DNA of 64,000 bases from assembly GCA_045603825.1 (NCBI GenBank), contig JAZUMW010000121.1:19136-83135 (forward strand). The letters are read 5' to 3'. Under the pieces are notes generated by a model. The model was not told where the DNA came from. It saw only the letters and a program-made list of their open reading frames with translations, and made no database searches. Every line of letters begins with the position of its first letter. Position 1 is the stretch's first letter. A program made the position numbers and the translations under genes. This stretch comes from Faecousia sp. (GTDB lineage Bacteria > Bacillota > Clostridia > Oscillospirales > Oscillospiraceae). Positions 55,983-64,000 of the stretch are shown here, in pieces.

Positions 55983-56894
55983 TTACTCCTTGGATTTGGT
56001 GCGGGCAAAGTACTTAAAGGATAACGGCCAAATAATACCGGCCATGATCACGATCAAAAAGTACCGTACGCCTCTGCCCATCAACTCGCCGAAAATAGTG
56101 TTTAAAGGTGTCTTCAGTCCGCTCTTAATCAAAAGAACCAGACCGAGACCCGCAGCAATTTTCAGAAGCTGGGCCCACCAAACCGCTTTTGTGGGGAATT
56201 TCAGCCACTTCTCATCCACAAAATAAACCACCAGAAGTCCCGCAAGAGAACCCAGAAGTGTATATGCGTTCTGCAGACCGTGGGAAAGATTATATTCATC
56301 CACATCTGCCGGGAAGGGATAAAACTCAACAAAGCAAAGGTAGGCAATGGCCAGCAGTGTCATTATACCCAAAAGGCAGGGAATATATTTGCCGTCCTTG
56401 CTGAATACTACGGGGTGCAGCACAAAAATCAACACAAGGGCCATGGCGGCCGCCACCAACACATCCAGCGGTGTGTGAACACCGATATACATCCGGGAGA
56501 AGGGTGTCAGCACCGCGATAACAATGGCAATGATACGGACCACTTTATTTTTGGTGGTGTGTGCAATACCGCCAAAGGTTCCCACGGAGCTTTGGGTATG
56601 GCCGCTGGGGAAGCTGTAACCCGTCGCGCCCTCCCTGGCCTGTTCCAAAATTGTAAAGTTCGGGTCCTTCACCCAAGGTCTGGGGATGCGGAACCACAGC
56701 TTCATAAACTGATTGGCAAGGGTGCCGATGAATCCCACAGTCAGAATATAGTAGCCCTGTCGCTTGTCCACACACCAGAACAGGATCAGTGCTGTCACCA
56801 AAAATGCGATCTCGTCGCCGAAATAGGTGATGCCCAGCATAAACTCATTCAATCCGGGAATTCGGATGCTTTCCAGAAAATACAAAAACTGCAT
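55983..56894 (-). CDS. PAP2-family phosphatase
   Basis: K...RIPRP, SFPSGH, SRMYIGVH...DV. Confidence 0.9.
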   Translation of the reverse strand: MQFLYFLESIRIPGLNEFMLGITYFGDEIAFLVTALILFWCVDKRQGYYILTVGFIGTLANQFMKLWFRIPRPWVKDPNFTILEQAREGATGYSFPSGHTQSSVGTFGGIAHTTKNKVVRIIAIVIAVLTPFSRMYIGVHTPLDVLVAAAMALVLIFVLHPVVFSKDGKYIPCLLGIMTLLAIAYLCFVEFYPFPADVDEYNLSHGLQNAYTLLGSLAGLLVVYFVDEKWLKFPTKAVWWAQLLKIAAGLGLVLLIKSGLKTPLNTIFGELMGRGVRYFLIVIMAGIIWPLSFKYFARTKSKE

Positions 56895-57041
56895 GACAGA
56901 CCTCCTTCAGTTTTTTGAATATTATAACTATAATTTACAGAAATGTAAAGTTTCAATGCCCTCCACAGGCTGCCGGTCACTTGCCTTTTTTCTCAGTTTG
57001 GGATATACTTAGACAAAAGACGGCAGAAATGAGGGGTTATT

Positions 57042-57815
57042 ATGTTTTCCAATGAAGAACGCCGCAATTTATCCAATCATCAGTTGGCTGAGGTGATCTG
57101 TCAGCTTCGTTTTCCGGAAATCCTGATGATCAATGAAAAAGCACCCGCAGCCTTTCAGGACAAAATCCGTGACGAGTATCCCCAGTATACCGCCCGGAAA
57201 GAGATGCCCGCTCCGAAGATCACCGGCACTCCCGGCAACTTTTCCCTGGAGAACGCTCCTGCAACCATCAACTATCAGTTCGTCTCTTCCGACGGTGTGT
57301 GGCGGGTGAATCTCACCAGCACATTTATCTCTCTGGCCTGTACCTGCTATACCGGCTGGGAGGATTTCGCCAAGAAGCTGGATAAGCCGCTGGCTGCCTT
57401 TATCCAGATATATAAGCCTGTGTTCTTTCAGCGGATCGGTCTGCGGTATCTGAATTTCATTTCCCGGAAAAGTCTGGTCCTTGAGGATGTCCCCTATTCT
57501 GATCTGATCCAGAGTCCCTACCTGGGATTACTGGGCGAAGCGGATGTGGTGGAATCCACCGTCGCCCGCAGTTCCGTGGATGCGGAACTGCCTATCCGGG
57601 GCGGCTGCCGGGTAAAGATCCATGCAGGTCCCGGCCTCGTGAAGAAAAACGGTCAGCAGGACAAGGAAGTCCGGTTTATTTTCGATCAGGATCTGTTTAT
57701 GCCCGGCAATGTTCCCGTCAATTATTCCGCCGGCGCTTTGGAAATGCTCCACTCCCAGGCATGGTCCATCTTCCGAGGTGCCATCACCGACACACTTTTT
57801 GATGCCATGCGGTAA
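57042..57815 (+). CDS. TIGR04255-family protein (tentative)
   Basis: L.EVICQLRFP, Y.GWEDF, RIGLRYLN, FD.D pattern. Confidence 0.7.
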   Translation: MFSNEERRNLSNHQLAEVICQLRFPEILMINEKAPAAFQDKIRDEYPQYTARKEMPAPKITGTPGNFSLENAPATINYQFVSSDGVWRVNLTSTFISLACTCYTGWEDFAKKLDKPLAAFIQIYKPVFFQRIGLRYLNFISRKSLVLEDVPYSDLIQSPYLGLLGEADVVESTVARSSVDAELPIRGGCRVKIHAGPGLVKKNGQQDKEVRFIFDQDLFMPGNVPVNYSAGALEMLHSQAWSIFRGAITDTLFDAMR

Positions 57816-57840
57816 GTATCCCAGATAAAGGAGAATCCCT

Positions 57841-58557
57841 ATGCCCTATTATTCTTATTATGGCTTTGACTGGACGTATCTTGTGATCGTCCTTCCATGC
57901 ATTATCCTGTCCCTGTGGGCCAGCTCAAGCGTAAAAAGCACTTTTAAACGCTACTCCAAGCAGATATCCTCCCGGCACATCACCGGCGCAGAGGCCGCGC
58001 AGCGGGTTCTCAGTGCCAACGGCGTGTACGGCGTGCAGATCCAGCGGGTCTCCGGCGATCTGACCGACCACTATGACCCCAAATCCAATGTGATCCGTCT
58101 GTCGGACAGCGTTTACAACAGCGCCTCCACCGCCGCCATCGGTGTTGCCTGCCATGAAGCAGGTCACGCAGTACAGTATGCCGAGAGCTACTTCCCCATT
58201 AAGCTCCGTGCCGCGATTATCCCTATCACCAACATCGGCTCAAAGCTGGCTATGCCCCTGATCCTTCTGGGTGTGATACTGTCCTTCCTTGGAAACTTCT
58301 CTTACACGCTAGTCTATCTCGGAATTCTCTGCTTTGCCCTTACGCTGGTATTTCAGCTGGTCACCCTGCCTGTGGAATTCAATGCCAGCCGCAGAGCTCT
58401 GGCAGCCATAGACCAGGCAGAGCTTCTGACGGACGAGGAGCGCAGAGGTGCGCAAAAGACCCTCCGCGCCGCAGCCATGACTTATGTGGCAGCTACCGCT
58501 GTTGCGCTGGCGCAGCTCATACGGCTTATCGCTTTGTTCGGCAGGAAAAAACGCTGA
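57841..58557 (+). CDS. Membrane zinc metallopeptidase
   Basis: LTDHYDP, HEAGHAVQ, TLPVEFNASRRA, AAAMTYVA. Confidence 0.9.
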   Translation: MPYYSYYGFDWTYLVIVLPCIILSLWASSSVKSTFKRYSKQISSRHITGAEAAQRVLSANGVYGVQIQRVSGDLTDHYDPKSNVIRLSDSVYNSASTAAIGVACHEAGHAVQYAESYFPIKLRAAIIPITNIGSKLAMPLILLGVILSFLGNFSYTLVYLGILCFALTLVFQLVTLPVEFNASRRALAAIDQAELLTDEERRGAQKTLRAAAMTYVAATAVALAQLIRLIALFGRKKR

Positions 58558-58559
58558 TT

Positions 58560-58591
58560 AAGACCCGCTTCGAATTTTCGAAGCGGGTCTT
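58560..58591. terminator. Bidirectional terminator
   Basis: AAGACCCGCTTCGAA-TT-TTCGAAGCGGGTCTT. Confidence 0.85.
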
Positions 58592-58593
58592 TC

Positions 58594-58860
58594 TTATTTC
58601 AGCAGTTTGGAATATCCCCGTCCGTACTGGACACATTGGGAAACACGGCTTAATGTAGCAGAGGAAATATCTGCCTGTGCCATCACCTGGGTATAGGTCT
58701 TGCCTTCCAGCAACAGCTTTGCGACAAACAGCCGCTCTGCCATTTTTTCCAGTTCCTTACGGGTGCACAGATCGTCAAACAGCGCACTGCATTCTTCCAT
58801 TGTCTTTAGGGACAAAATCAGTTCATAAAGCTCCATGATCTTATGGTTGCTATTTTCCAT
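58594..58860 (-). CDS. YerC/TrpR-like repressor (HisR-type)
   Basis: EEC..LFDDLCT..E....R..VA..L..G.TY, SSATLSRV, YG.GY. Confidence 0.88.
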   Translation of the reverse strand: MENSNHKIMELYELILSLKTMEECSALFDDLCTRKELEKMAERLFVAKLLLEGKTYTQVMAQADISSATLSRVSQCVQYGRGYSKLLK

Positions 58861-58874
58861 ATCTGTATCTCCTG

Positions 58875-59630
58875 TTAATAATTTTCTTCCGCGCCCCGTA
58901 CGAAGGCACGGGTCTTTTCACTGCGGGGATTGTCAAATACCTGCTCCGGTGTGCCCATTTCCTCAATCACACCGTCTGCCATATATATTACCACATCCGC
59001 GACATTTTTAGCAAACATCATTTCGTGGGTCACCACGATCATGGTCCTGCTCTCATTTTTCAGACCACGAATGACCCGCAACACCTCGCCGGTCAGCTCC
59101 GGATCCAGGGCGCTGGTGGGCTCGTCAAAGCACAGGATCTCCGGCTGCAAAGCCTGCGCCCGGGCAATGGCCACCCGCTGCTGCTGACCGCCGGACAGCT
59201 GATAGGGATAGGCCTCCAGCTTATTGGACAGTCCCACCTGCTCCAGAAGCTGCCGGGCATTTTCTTCGATCTGTTCCGGTGTTCCCTTTTTCAGAAGTGT
59301 AGGCGCAAGGGTCACATTTTTCAGCACATTGTACTGGGGGAAGAGATTGAAATTCTGGAACACCAGACCAAAATTCAATCGGTTCTGACGAATCTGCTCA
59401 TCATTGAGGGCAGCGCCTTCTGTGTTGAGCAGTTCCTTTCCGTTGACGCTGATCCTACCCTTATCCGGGGTCTCCAGAAAATTCAAACACCGCAAAAGCG
59501 TTGTTTTACCGCTGCCGGAGGAACCGATAATAGCCAGCACCTGTCCCTGTTCCAGGGAAAAGCTGATCCCCTTAAGCACCTGGGTCTTTCCGAAATTCTT
59601 TCTGATATCGTTTACTTCTAAAATACTCAT
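58875..59630 (-). CDS. Polar amino-acid ABC ATP-binding protein
   Basis: [27 protein letters not shown]. Confidence 0.95.
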   Translation of the reverse strand: MSILEVNDIRKNFGKTQVLKGISFSLEQGQVLAIIGSSGSGKTTLLRCLNFLETPDKGRISVNGKELLNTEGAALNDEQIRQNRLNFGLVFQNFNLFPQYNVLKNVTLAPTLLKKGTPEQIEENARQLLEQVGLSNKLEAYPYQLSGGQQQRVAIARAQALQPEILCFDEPTSALDPELTGEVLRVIRGLKNESRTMIVVTHEMMFAKNVADVVIYMADGVIEEMGTPEQVFDNPRSEKTRAFVRGAEENY

Positions 59631-59631
59631 C

Positions 59632-60327
59632 TTAACTCCTGAAATAGCTCAGTTTCTTTTCTGCCTTACCCAAAATGATGGTAAGCAGACCCACAAAAAT
59701 CAGATAAAATACACCGGTATAAAACAGAGGCCAAACCATGGCTTTTGTGGCAGCCAGTTCCTTTGCCTGCTTGATGATCTCGCAGACGATGATGCAGTTG
59801 GCCAAAGCAGTATCTTTGATAAGGGTAATGATCTCATTAGACATGGGGGGAACGATGCGTTGGACCACCTGCTTGAGAATGATCTTGTAGAATATCTGCT
59901 TTTTGGTCAAACCCAACACATAACCCGCCTCGTACTGCCCTTGGGAAATGCTTTCAATGCCGCCCCGGTAGATCTCGGAAAAATAGCAGGCATAGTTTAT
60001 GGAAAAGGCGATGAGCACCGCTGTGATGCGACCTGCGTCGGCTATGCCGTAATTCACAAAGAAATAGCGGTCTACCTGGCTGAATACAGGGGTATTGAAC
60101 AGCAGACCCGGCACATAGTAGATAATAAATATCTGCAGCATCAGCGGTACTCCCCGGACAACCCAAACGATCACCTTTGATACCACCCGCACCACCTTGA
60201 ACCGGCTCATGGAGCACATGGCAATGGGCAGACCCAAAGGCACACCGCATACCAGCGTCACCGCAAAGATCAGCAAGGATATTAAAAAACCATCCCACAA
60301 AAACAGGGTAACTTCCCAAAAGGACAT
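59632..60327 (-). CDS. Polar amino-acid ABC permease
   Basis: RGVPLMLQ, SEIYRGGI, GQYEAGYVLG. Confidence 0.92.
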   Translation of the reverse strand: MSFWEVTLFLWDGFLISLLIFAVTLVCGVPLGLPIAMCSMSRFKVVRVVSKVIVWVVRGVPLMLQIFIIYYVPGLLFNTPVFSQVDRYFFVNYGIADAGRITAVLIAFSINYACYFSEIYRGGIESISQGQYEAGYVLGLTKKQIFYKIILKQVVQRIVPPMSNEIITLIKDTALANCIIVCEIIKQAKELAATKAMVWPLFYTGVFYLIFVGLLTIILGKAEKKLSYFRS

Positions 60328-60404
60328 AGTATACTCTCCAACAAATGAATTTTGACGAACCCAAAGCAGGGGCGGCAAGCTGCCGCCCTCTGCTATATAT
60401 ATTT

Positions 60405-61196
60405 TTACTTCTGATCGGAGAAGTCGGTGATGGTGGTATTCACCACATCGTACTTCTCAGCCAATTCTGCGATAGTACCGTCAGCCGCCAGTTCCTCCAA
60501 AGCCTTGTTGACCTGTGCAGTAAGGTCACTGCCCTTCTTAAAGCCGATGGCGTAGAATTCCACATCGCTGGACAGTGCTTCCACGATCATCAGATCTGCA
60601 TAATCACCCTTCCCACAGTAGCTCTTGGCAAGCTGTGCGTCCAGTACCGCAAAGTCAACGGTGCCGGCATTTACTTCAAACAGGCAATCGGTCTGATAGT
60701 TAAAGCCCTTGATGGTGGTGCCTTCAAAACCCTGGCCGTAGGTCTCACCGGCGGAGCCGCTTTCAGCAGCGCCCTGCTTGCCGGTCAGATCCGCCGCGGA
60801 GGCGATGGAAGAACCAGACTTGACCACGATCACCTGACGGTTCTCCATGTAATTATAGGAGAAGTCCACCTTCTCAGAACGAAGAATACCATCGTCATCA
60901 GCGGTATTACAGGTAAAGCCGTTCCATACACAGTCGATAGCACCGGAATCCAGATCTGTGTACTTCTGGTTCCAGTCGATCTCCTGGAAGAGAACATCGT
61001 AACCCAGCTTTTCAAATACAGCCTCAGCCAACTCGGTATCAAAACCGATCAGCTCATCGCTGCCCTCTTCAAAATAGTTCATGGGGGCATAGATGGTATA
61101 GCCGACGACAACCGTTTTGGCTTCCTCTTTACCGCAGCCTACCAGGCAGGACAAAAGCATCAGTACAACCAACATTACAGCAACGATCTTTTTCAT
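60405..61196 (-). CDS. Polar amino-acid ABC substrate-binding lipoprotein
   Basis: LVGC lipobox; YAPMNY, GFDTELA, DFS..Y, YAIGFKKG. Confidence 0.92.
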   Translation of the reverse strand: MKKIVAVMLVVLMLLSCLVGCGKEEAKTVVVGYTIYAPMNYFEEGSDELIGFDTELAEAVFEKLGYDVLFQEIDWNQKYTDLDSGAIDCVWNGFTCNTADDDGILRSEKVDFSYNYMENRQVIVVKSGSSIASAADLTGKQGAAESGSAGETYGQGFEGTTIKGFNYQTDCLFEVNAGTVDFAVLDAQLAKSYCGKGDYADLMIVEALSSDVEFYAIGFKKGSDLTAQVNKALEELAADGTIAELAEKYDVVNTTITDFSDQK

Positions 61197-61246
61197 AATT
61201 ACCTTTCCTTTCTTATCCCCCGGTCACGGGTGTTTTGCATAACCGG

Positions 61247-61275
61247 ATTATACTTTAGTTCACTAAAGTTGTAAA
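61247..61275 (-). promoter_or_regulatory. Sigma-A promoter with ACTTTA-N6-TAAAGT operator in its spacer
   Basis: Minus-strand TTTACA-17-TATAAT; palindrome 61252-61269; second box at 61336-61353. Confidence 0.75.
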
Positions 61276-61406
61276 GCCCTATTTTGGCCTTTTAGCCACT
61301 TTTGTATAGGTGCATAAATCGCTTCGTACTTTATCGCTTTACTTTGGTAAAGTTGTAGGGTGTGTTTTGCAGTTTTATACGCAGGTGCTTTTTCTTGCCT
61401 CCGCTA

Positions 61407-61469
61407 TTGACATTTTCAGGAAAAGTCATTATACTTTCCTCGGTATGAAAAGTATGAAAAGTGCGAAAG
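61407..61469 (+). promoter_or_regulatory. Sigma-A promoter plus three 9-bp direct repeats
   Basis: TTGACA-17-TATACT; GTATGAAAA-GTATGAAAA-GTGCGAAAG. Confidence 0.72.
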
Positions 61470-61479
61470 GAGTACTGCA

Positions 61480-61719
61480 ATGGCTGGTGGTAAGCACATA
61501 CTGGGCAAAGGCAACGCCCGCCGGGTTTTCGGTACTGCCAAAGTCGGTGACCGCGGACAGATCGTCATTCCCAAGGAAGCCCGTGAATTGTTTAGCATTC
61601 GCCCCGGAGATACATTACTGATCCTGGGTGAAGAAAACAAAGGGCTGATCGTATCCCGTCCGGAATTTCTCCGGGATCTGGCAGACCAAATTTTTGAAAG
61701 TAATGTAAGTGAGGAATAG
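61480..61719 (+). CDS. AbrB/MazE/SpoVT-family DNA-binding protein
   Basis: AKVGDRGQIVIPKEARELFSIRPGD. Confidence 0.9.
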   Translation: MAGGKHILGKGNARRVFGTAKVGDRGQIVIPKEARELFSIRPGDTLLILGEENKGLIVSRPEFLRDLADQIFESNVSEE

Positions 61720-61722
61720 AAA

Positions 61723-63006
61723 ATGACTGAGCTTATGGAATTATATATCAATATGGGTATCTCCCCCGCCGTCTATGAATACGGTGAGAAGACACTGGAA
61801 AAGCTGAAGGATCGCTTTGACGCAATCGACAAAGTAGCAGAGTTCAACCAGGCAAAAGTGGTGTCCGCTATGCAGAAGAACCGTGTTTCGGCTGCCTGCT
61901 TCGCCGCTACTACCGGCTACGGCTACGATGATGTGGGTCGCGACAACCTTGAAAAGGTCTATGCCGATGTGTTCCACACCGAGGCCGCCCTGGTTCGTCC
62001 CCAGATCACCTGCGGTACCCACGCTTTAACGGTTGCGCTGTCTGCCAACCTGCTTCCCGGCGATGAGCTTCTCAGTCCCGTTGGTCTTCCCTATGACACC
62101 CTGCAGGAAGTCATTGGCATTCGGGAAAGTCCCTGCTCTCTGGCTGAGTACGGTGTTTCCTACCGGCAGGCGGATCTGCTGGAAGACGGCACCTTTGATT
62201 ACGACGGTATCCGTGCTGCCATCAACGAAAAGACTAAGTTGGTGACGATCCAGCGCTCCAAGGGCTATGCCACCCGCCCCACCTTCTCTGTGAAGCAGAT
62301 CGGTGAACTTATCGCTTTCTGCAAGAATATCAAGCCGGATGTTCTGGTCATGGTGGATAACTGTTACGGTGAATTTGTTGAGACCATTGAGCCCTCCGAT
62401 ATGGGGGCTGACATGGTGGTCGGCTCTCTGATCAAGAACCCCGGCGGCGGTCTTGCTCCCATTGGCAGCTATATCTGCGGTACGCAGGAGTGTGTCAGTC
62501 GCTGTGCCTACCGACTTTCTGCCCCCGGTCTGGGTCAGGAAGTCGCCGCAAATCTGGGTCTGATGCCCAGCCTCTATCAGGGCTTCTTCCTTGCTCCCAC
62601 CGTGGTAGCCGGTGCCGAAAAGGGCGCTATCTTCGCTGCCAATCTCTATGAGCCTCTGGGCTTCAAGTGCGTTCCCAACGCCACCGAAAGCCGTCACGAC
62701 ATCATCCAGGCAGTGGAACTGGGTAGTGAAGAAGGCATGATCGCCTTCTGCAAGGGCATCCAGGCTGCCGCACCGGTGGATTCCTTTGCCACTCCCCTGC
62801 CCTGGGACATGCCCGGTTACAACGATAAAGTCATTATGGCTGCCGGTGCCTTCGTCCAGGGGTCTTCCATCGAGCTTTCTGCCGACGGTCCCATCCGTCC
62901 GCCGTATGCCGTTTATTTCCAGGGCGGTCTGACCTGGCTGCACGCAAAGCTTGGTATTCTCATGAGCCTGCAGAAAATGGTTGACGCAGGACTCGTAGCA
63001 TTATAA
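61723..63006 (+). CDS. YnbB-like PLP enzyme (methionine gamma-lyase family)
   Basis: TTGYGYDD.GR, GTHAL, QRSKGY, DNCYGEF, GSLIKNPGGG, ELSADGP. Confidence 0.9.
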   Translation: MTELMELYINMGISPAVYEYGEKTLEKLKDRFDAIDKVAEFNQAKVVSAMQKNRVSAACFAATTGYGYDDVGRDNLEKVYADVFHTEAALVRPQITCGTHALTVALSANLLPGDELLSPVGLPYDTLQEVIGIRESPCSLAEYGVSYRQADLLEDGTFDYDGIRAAINEKTKLVTIQRSKGYATRPTFSVKQIGELIAFCKNIKPDVLVMVDNCYGEFVETIEPSDMGADMVVGSLIKNPGGGLAPIGSYICGTQECVSRCAYRLSAPGLGQEVAANLGLMPSLYQGFFLAPTVVAGAEKGAIFAANLYEPLGFKCVPNATESRHDIIQAVELGSEEGMIAFCKGIQAAAPVDSFATPLPWDMPGYNDKVIMAAGAFVQGSSIELSADGPIRPPYAVYFQGGLTWLHAKLGILMSLQKMVDAGLVAL

Positions 63007-63019
63007 AGGAGAGATAAAT

Positions 63020-63928
63020 ATGAGTTGGTTTTGGTTTGCAATTATCGCACTGCTGTGCTGGTCCGGTTCCGATTTCTTCTCGAAGATCGGCTGCCGTGAC
63101 GCAAGGGACAAGTTTTCTCAGTTCAAAATGGTCATGGCCGTTGGTCTTATCATGGGTATCCACGCCGCATACGAAATCTTCGTGGGCGGTGTCGAGATCA
63201 GCTGGAATGTAATTCTCACTTACCTACCCGTTTCCCTGCTGTACATCGGCTCCATGACTCTGGGTTATGTGGGTCTAAGGTACATTGAGCTGTCCATTTC
63301 CTCCCCCATCTGTAACGCCTCCGGCGCACTGGTGGCTATTATCGCCATTATCTCCGGCACTGCCGATGTGATGGAGTGGCCTCAGTACCTGGCCATCGCG
63401 CTGGCCTGTGTCGGTGTCATCGGTCTGGGCTTTGTGGAAGCACACGAGGACGAAGCACTTCGTGCTGCCCGTCAGGAAGCTTCCAACTACAAGTACGCCA
63501 AGAGCTGGCTGGCTCTTGCACTGCCCATTGCCTACTGCCTGCTGGATGCCGCCGGTACCTTTGCCGACGATCTGGTGCTAGAGACCCTCAATGAGGATTC
63601 CGCCAATGTGGCCTACGAGCTGACCTTCCTGGCTGCCGGTATCGTCTGCTTCATCTACACCGTACTGATCAAAAAGCAGAAGCTGATCCCCAAGATGGAA
63701 GCACCCAAGTACATCGGCGCCATCTTTGAGACCATCGGCCAGTTTGCCTACATCTATGCTCTGGCTGGCGGTGAGTCCGCTTTGGCCGCTCCCATTATCT
63801 CCTCCTACTGCATGGCCTCTGTTCTGTGGAGCCGCATCTTCCTGAAGGAGAAACTGAGTTGGAAGCATTACGCCTGTATCTTTGTTACCTTCGCCGGTAT
63901 CCTGATCATGGGCATCTATGACATGTAA
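63020..63928 (+). CDS. EamA/DMT-family transporter
   Basis: Two 5-TM repeats; SSPI, APIIS, IFLKEKL. Confidence 0.85.
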   Translation: MSWFWFAIIALLCWSGSDFFSKIGCRDARDKFSQFKMVMAVGLIMGIHAAYEIFVGGVEISWNVILTYLPVSLLYIGSMTLGYVGLRYIELSISSPICNASGALVAIIAIISGTADVMEWPQYLAIALACVGVIGLGFVEAHEDEALRAARQEASNYKYAKSWLALALPIAYCLLDAAGTFADDLVLETLNEDSANVAYELTFLAAGIVCFIYTVLIKKQKLIPKMEAPKYIGAIFETIGQFAYIYALAGGESALAAPIISSYCMASVLWSRIFLKEKLSWKHYACIFVTFAGILIMGIYDM

Positions 63929-63931
63929 AAG

Positions 63932-63967
63932 AAAAACCCGAAGATCAACTGATCTTCGGGTTTTTTT
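63932..63967. terminator. Intrinsic terminator
   Basis: AAAAACCCGAAGATCA..TGATCTTCGGGTTTTT. Confidence 0.88.
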
Positions 63968-64000
63968 AGTACGCGGTATAGTTCCATGGGCAGGTCTGTC

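Noticed and set aside
61480-61719. Toxin-antitoxin module
   Set aside because: No MazF, VapC or other toxin ORF adjacent
63966-64000. Possible 3' end of a minus-strand gene
   Set aside because: Too short to identify

Overview
Gene-dense chromosomal segment of a spore-forming Clostridia-type Firmicute; the gene content and style suggest Oscillospiraceae/Ruminococcaceae (inference). It is mostly housekeeping: mfd, ddl, murC, a topo IV-like parE/parC pair, trpS, gltX, coaX, asnA, dut, two polar amino-acid ABC operons, a TAXI-TRAP transporter, MATE and Na/Pi transporters, and three tRNA genes (Gly-GCC, Ser-TGA, Ser-GCT). Accessory pieces are a sortase-B/large-adhesin cassette with a double-HTH regulator next to tRNA-Ser(GCT), an ATP-grasp/two-esterase cluster, an SPFH/Zn-ribbon operon, a WYL regulator, and a frameshifted Cu/Zn-SOD gene fused to an IS3 remnant. 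The most unusual signal is non-coding. tRNA-Gly and tRNA-Ser(TGA) are each followed by a 160-174 bp element with the same layout: terminator, inverted copy of that tRNA's 3' arm, AAATGC, hairpins, TACA..ATTTT-hairpin-AAAAT-RYAAA, then a direct copy of the tRNA 3' end starting in the T-loop. tRNA-Ser(GCT) carries a decayed 3'-end copy. This looks like an integrase-free, tRNA-targeting miniature element or a tRNA-linked structured RNA. No CRISPR array, rRNA, prophage or intact transposase was seen. All family assignments come from motif recognition, not database searches.
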